Shown: in pieces, positions 63,652-64,000 of the stretch
How positions within the stretch are numbered: position 1 is the first letter of the stretch
How the letters are laid out: every line of letters starts with the position of its first letter
Source: Squalus acanthias
Lineage: Eukaryota
Assembly (NCBI GenBank): GCA_030390025.1
Contig: CM059432.1
Location: forward strand, 36,706,001 to 36,770,000
Reading direction: 5' to 3'
Length of the DNA stretch: 64,000 bases
Program-made: the position numbers and the translations under genes
Notes under the pieces: model-generated
Seen by the model: only the letters and a program-made list of their open reading frames with translations
What the model was told of the DNA's origin: nothing
Databases searched by the model: none

Positions 63652-64000
63652 TTCTTTGAAGTAGTTACAGGTCATCTGACTGACACTTCTTGTTTCCCCT
63701 CCCATTTTATTCTGATTATTAAAATGTTGGTCATCTTTCATTTTTATCAGTTCTGATATAGCTGCATAGCTGCTTGTTTTCTCCAAAGATGCTGACTGAC
63801 CTACTGAGTATTGCCAGTATTTTATGAATTTGTATCAGATTTGGGACCGTATACAAGGAGGTTTGTTCTGTATCTAACCCATGGTACAGTTGACCTGTGA
63901 GTATTTGATGGGACAGTATAGAGCGTTTTACTCTGTATCTAACTCATGCTGTACATTTTTTAAATTCGTTCATGGGATGTGGGCGTCGCTGGCAAGGCCA

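Overview
Vertebrate genomic DNA, almost certainly from a cartilaginous fish (shark/ray; inferred from the repeat families), dominated by retrotransposons. Two spliced host genes lie on the minus strand. The first is the 5' part of DHX30: five coding exons, 13946->6767, beginning with a CpG-island exon encoding a mitochondrial-type presequence. The second is the 3' part of a KANSL1-family gene: seven coding exons, 56904->40459, with a PEHE region, a stop at 40459 and a poly(A) signal near 39903. Its position beside DHX30 suggests a third KANSL1 ohnolog from the MAP4 paralogon, not present in mammals. The rest is nested mobile DNA: many CR1 LINEs (one near-intact full-length copy at 57453-62149 with 4x76-bp 5' monomers, an esterase ORF1 and a doubled 3' tail, plus a near-identical truncated sister copy); two Penelope-like families carrying covarying minimal hammerhead-like motifs and inverted pLTRs; a second LINE family with its partner SINE; Deu-type SINEs; L2 tails; a Harbinger derivative; Tc1/pogo-type and hAT-type MITEs. 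Exon, TSD and motif coordinates were read base by base, while degraded repeat boundaries are approximate. No database searches were run, and homology calls rest on recalled family motifs.
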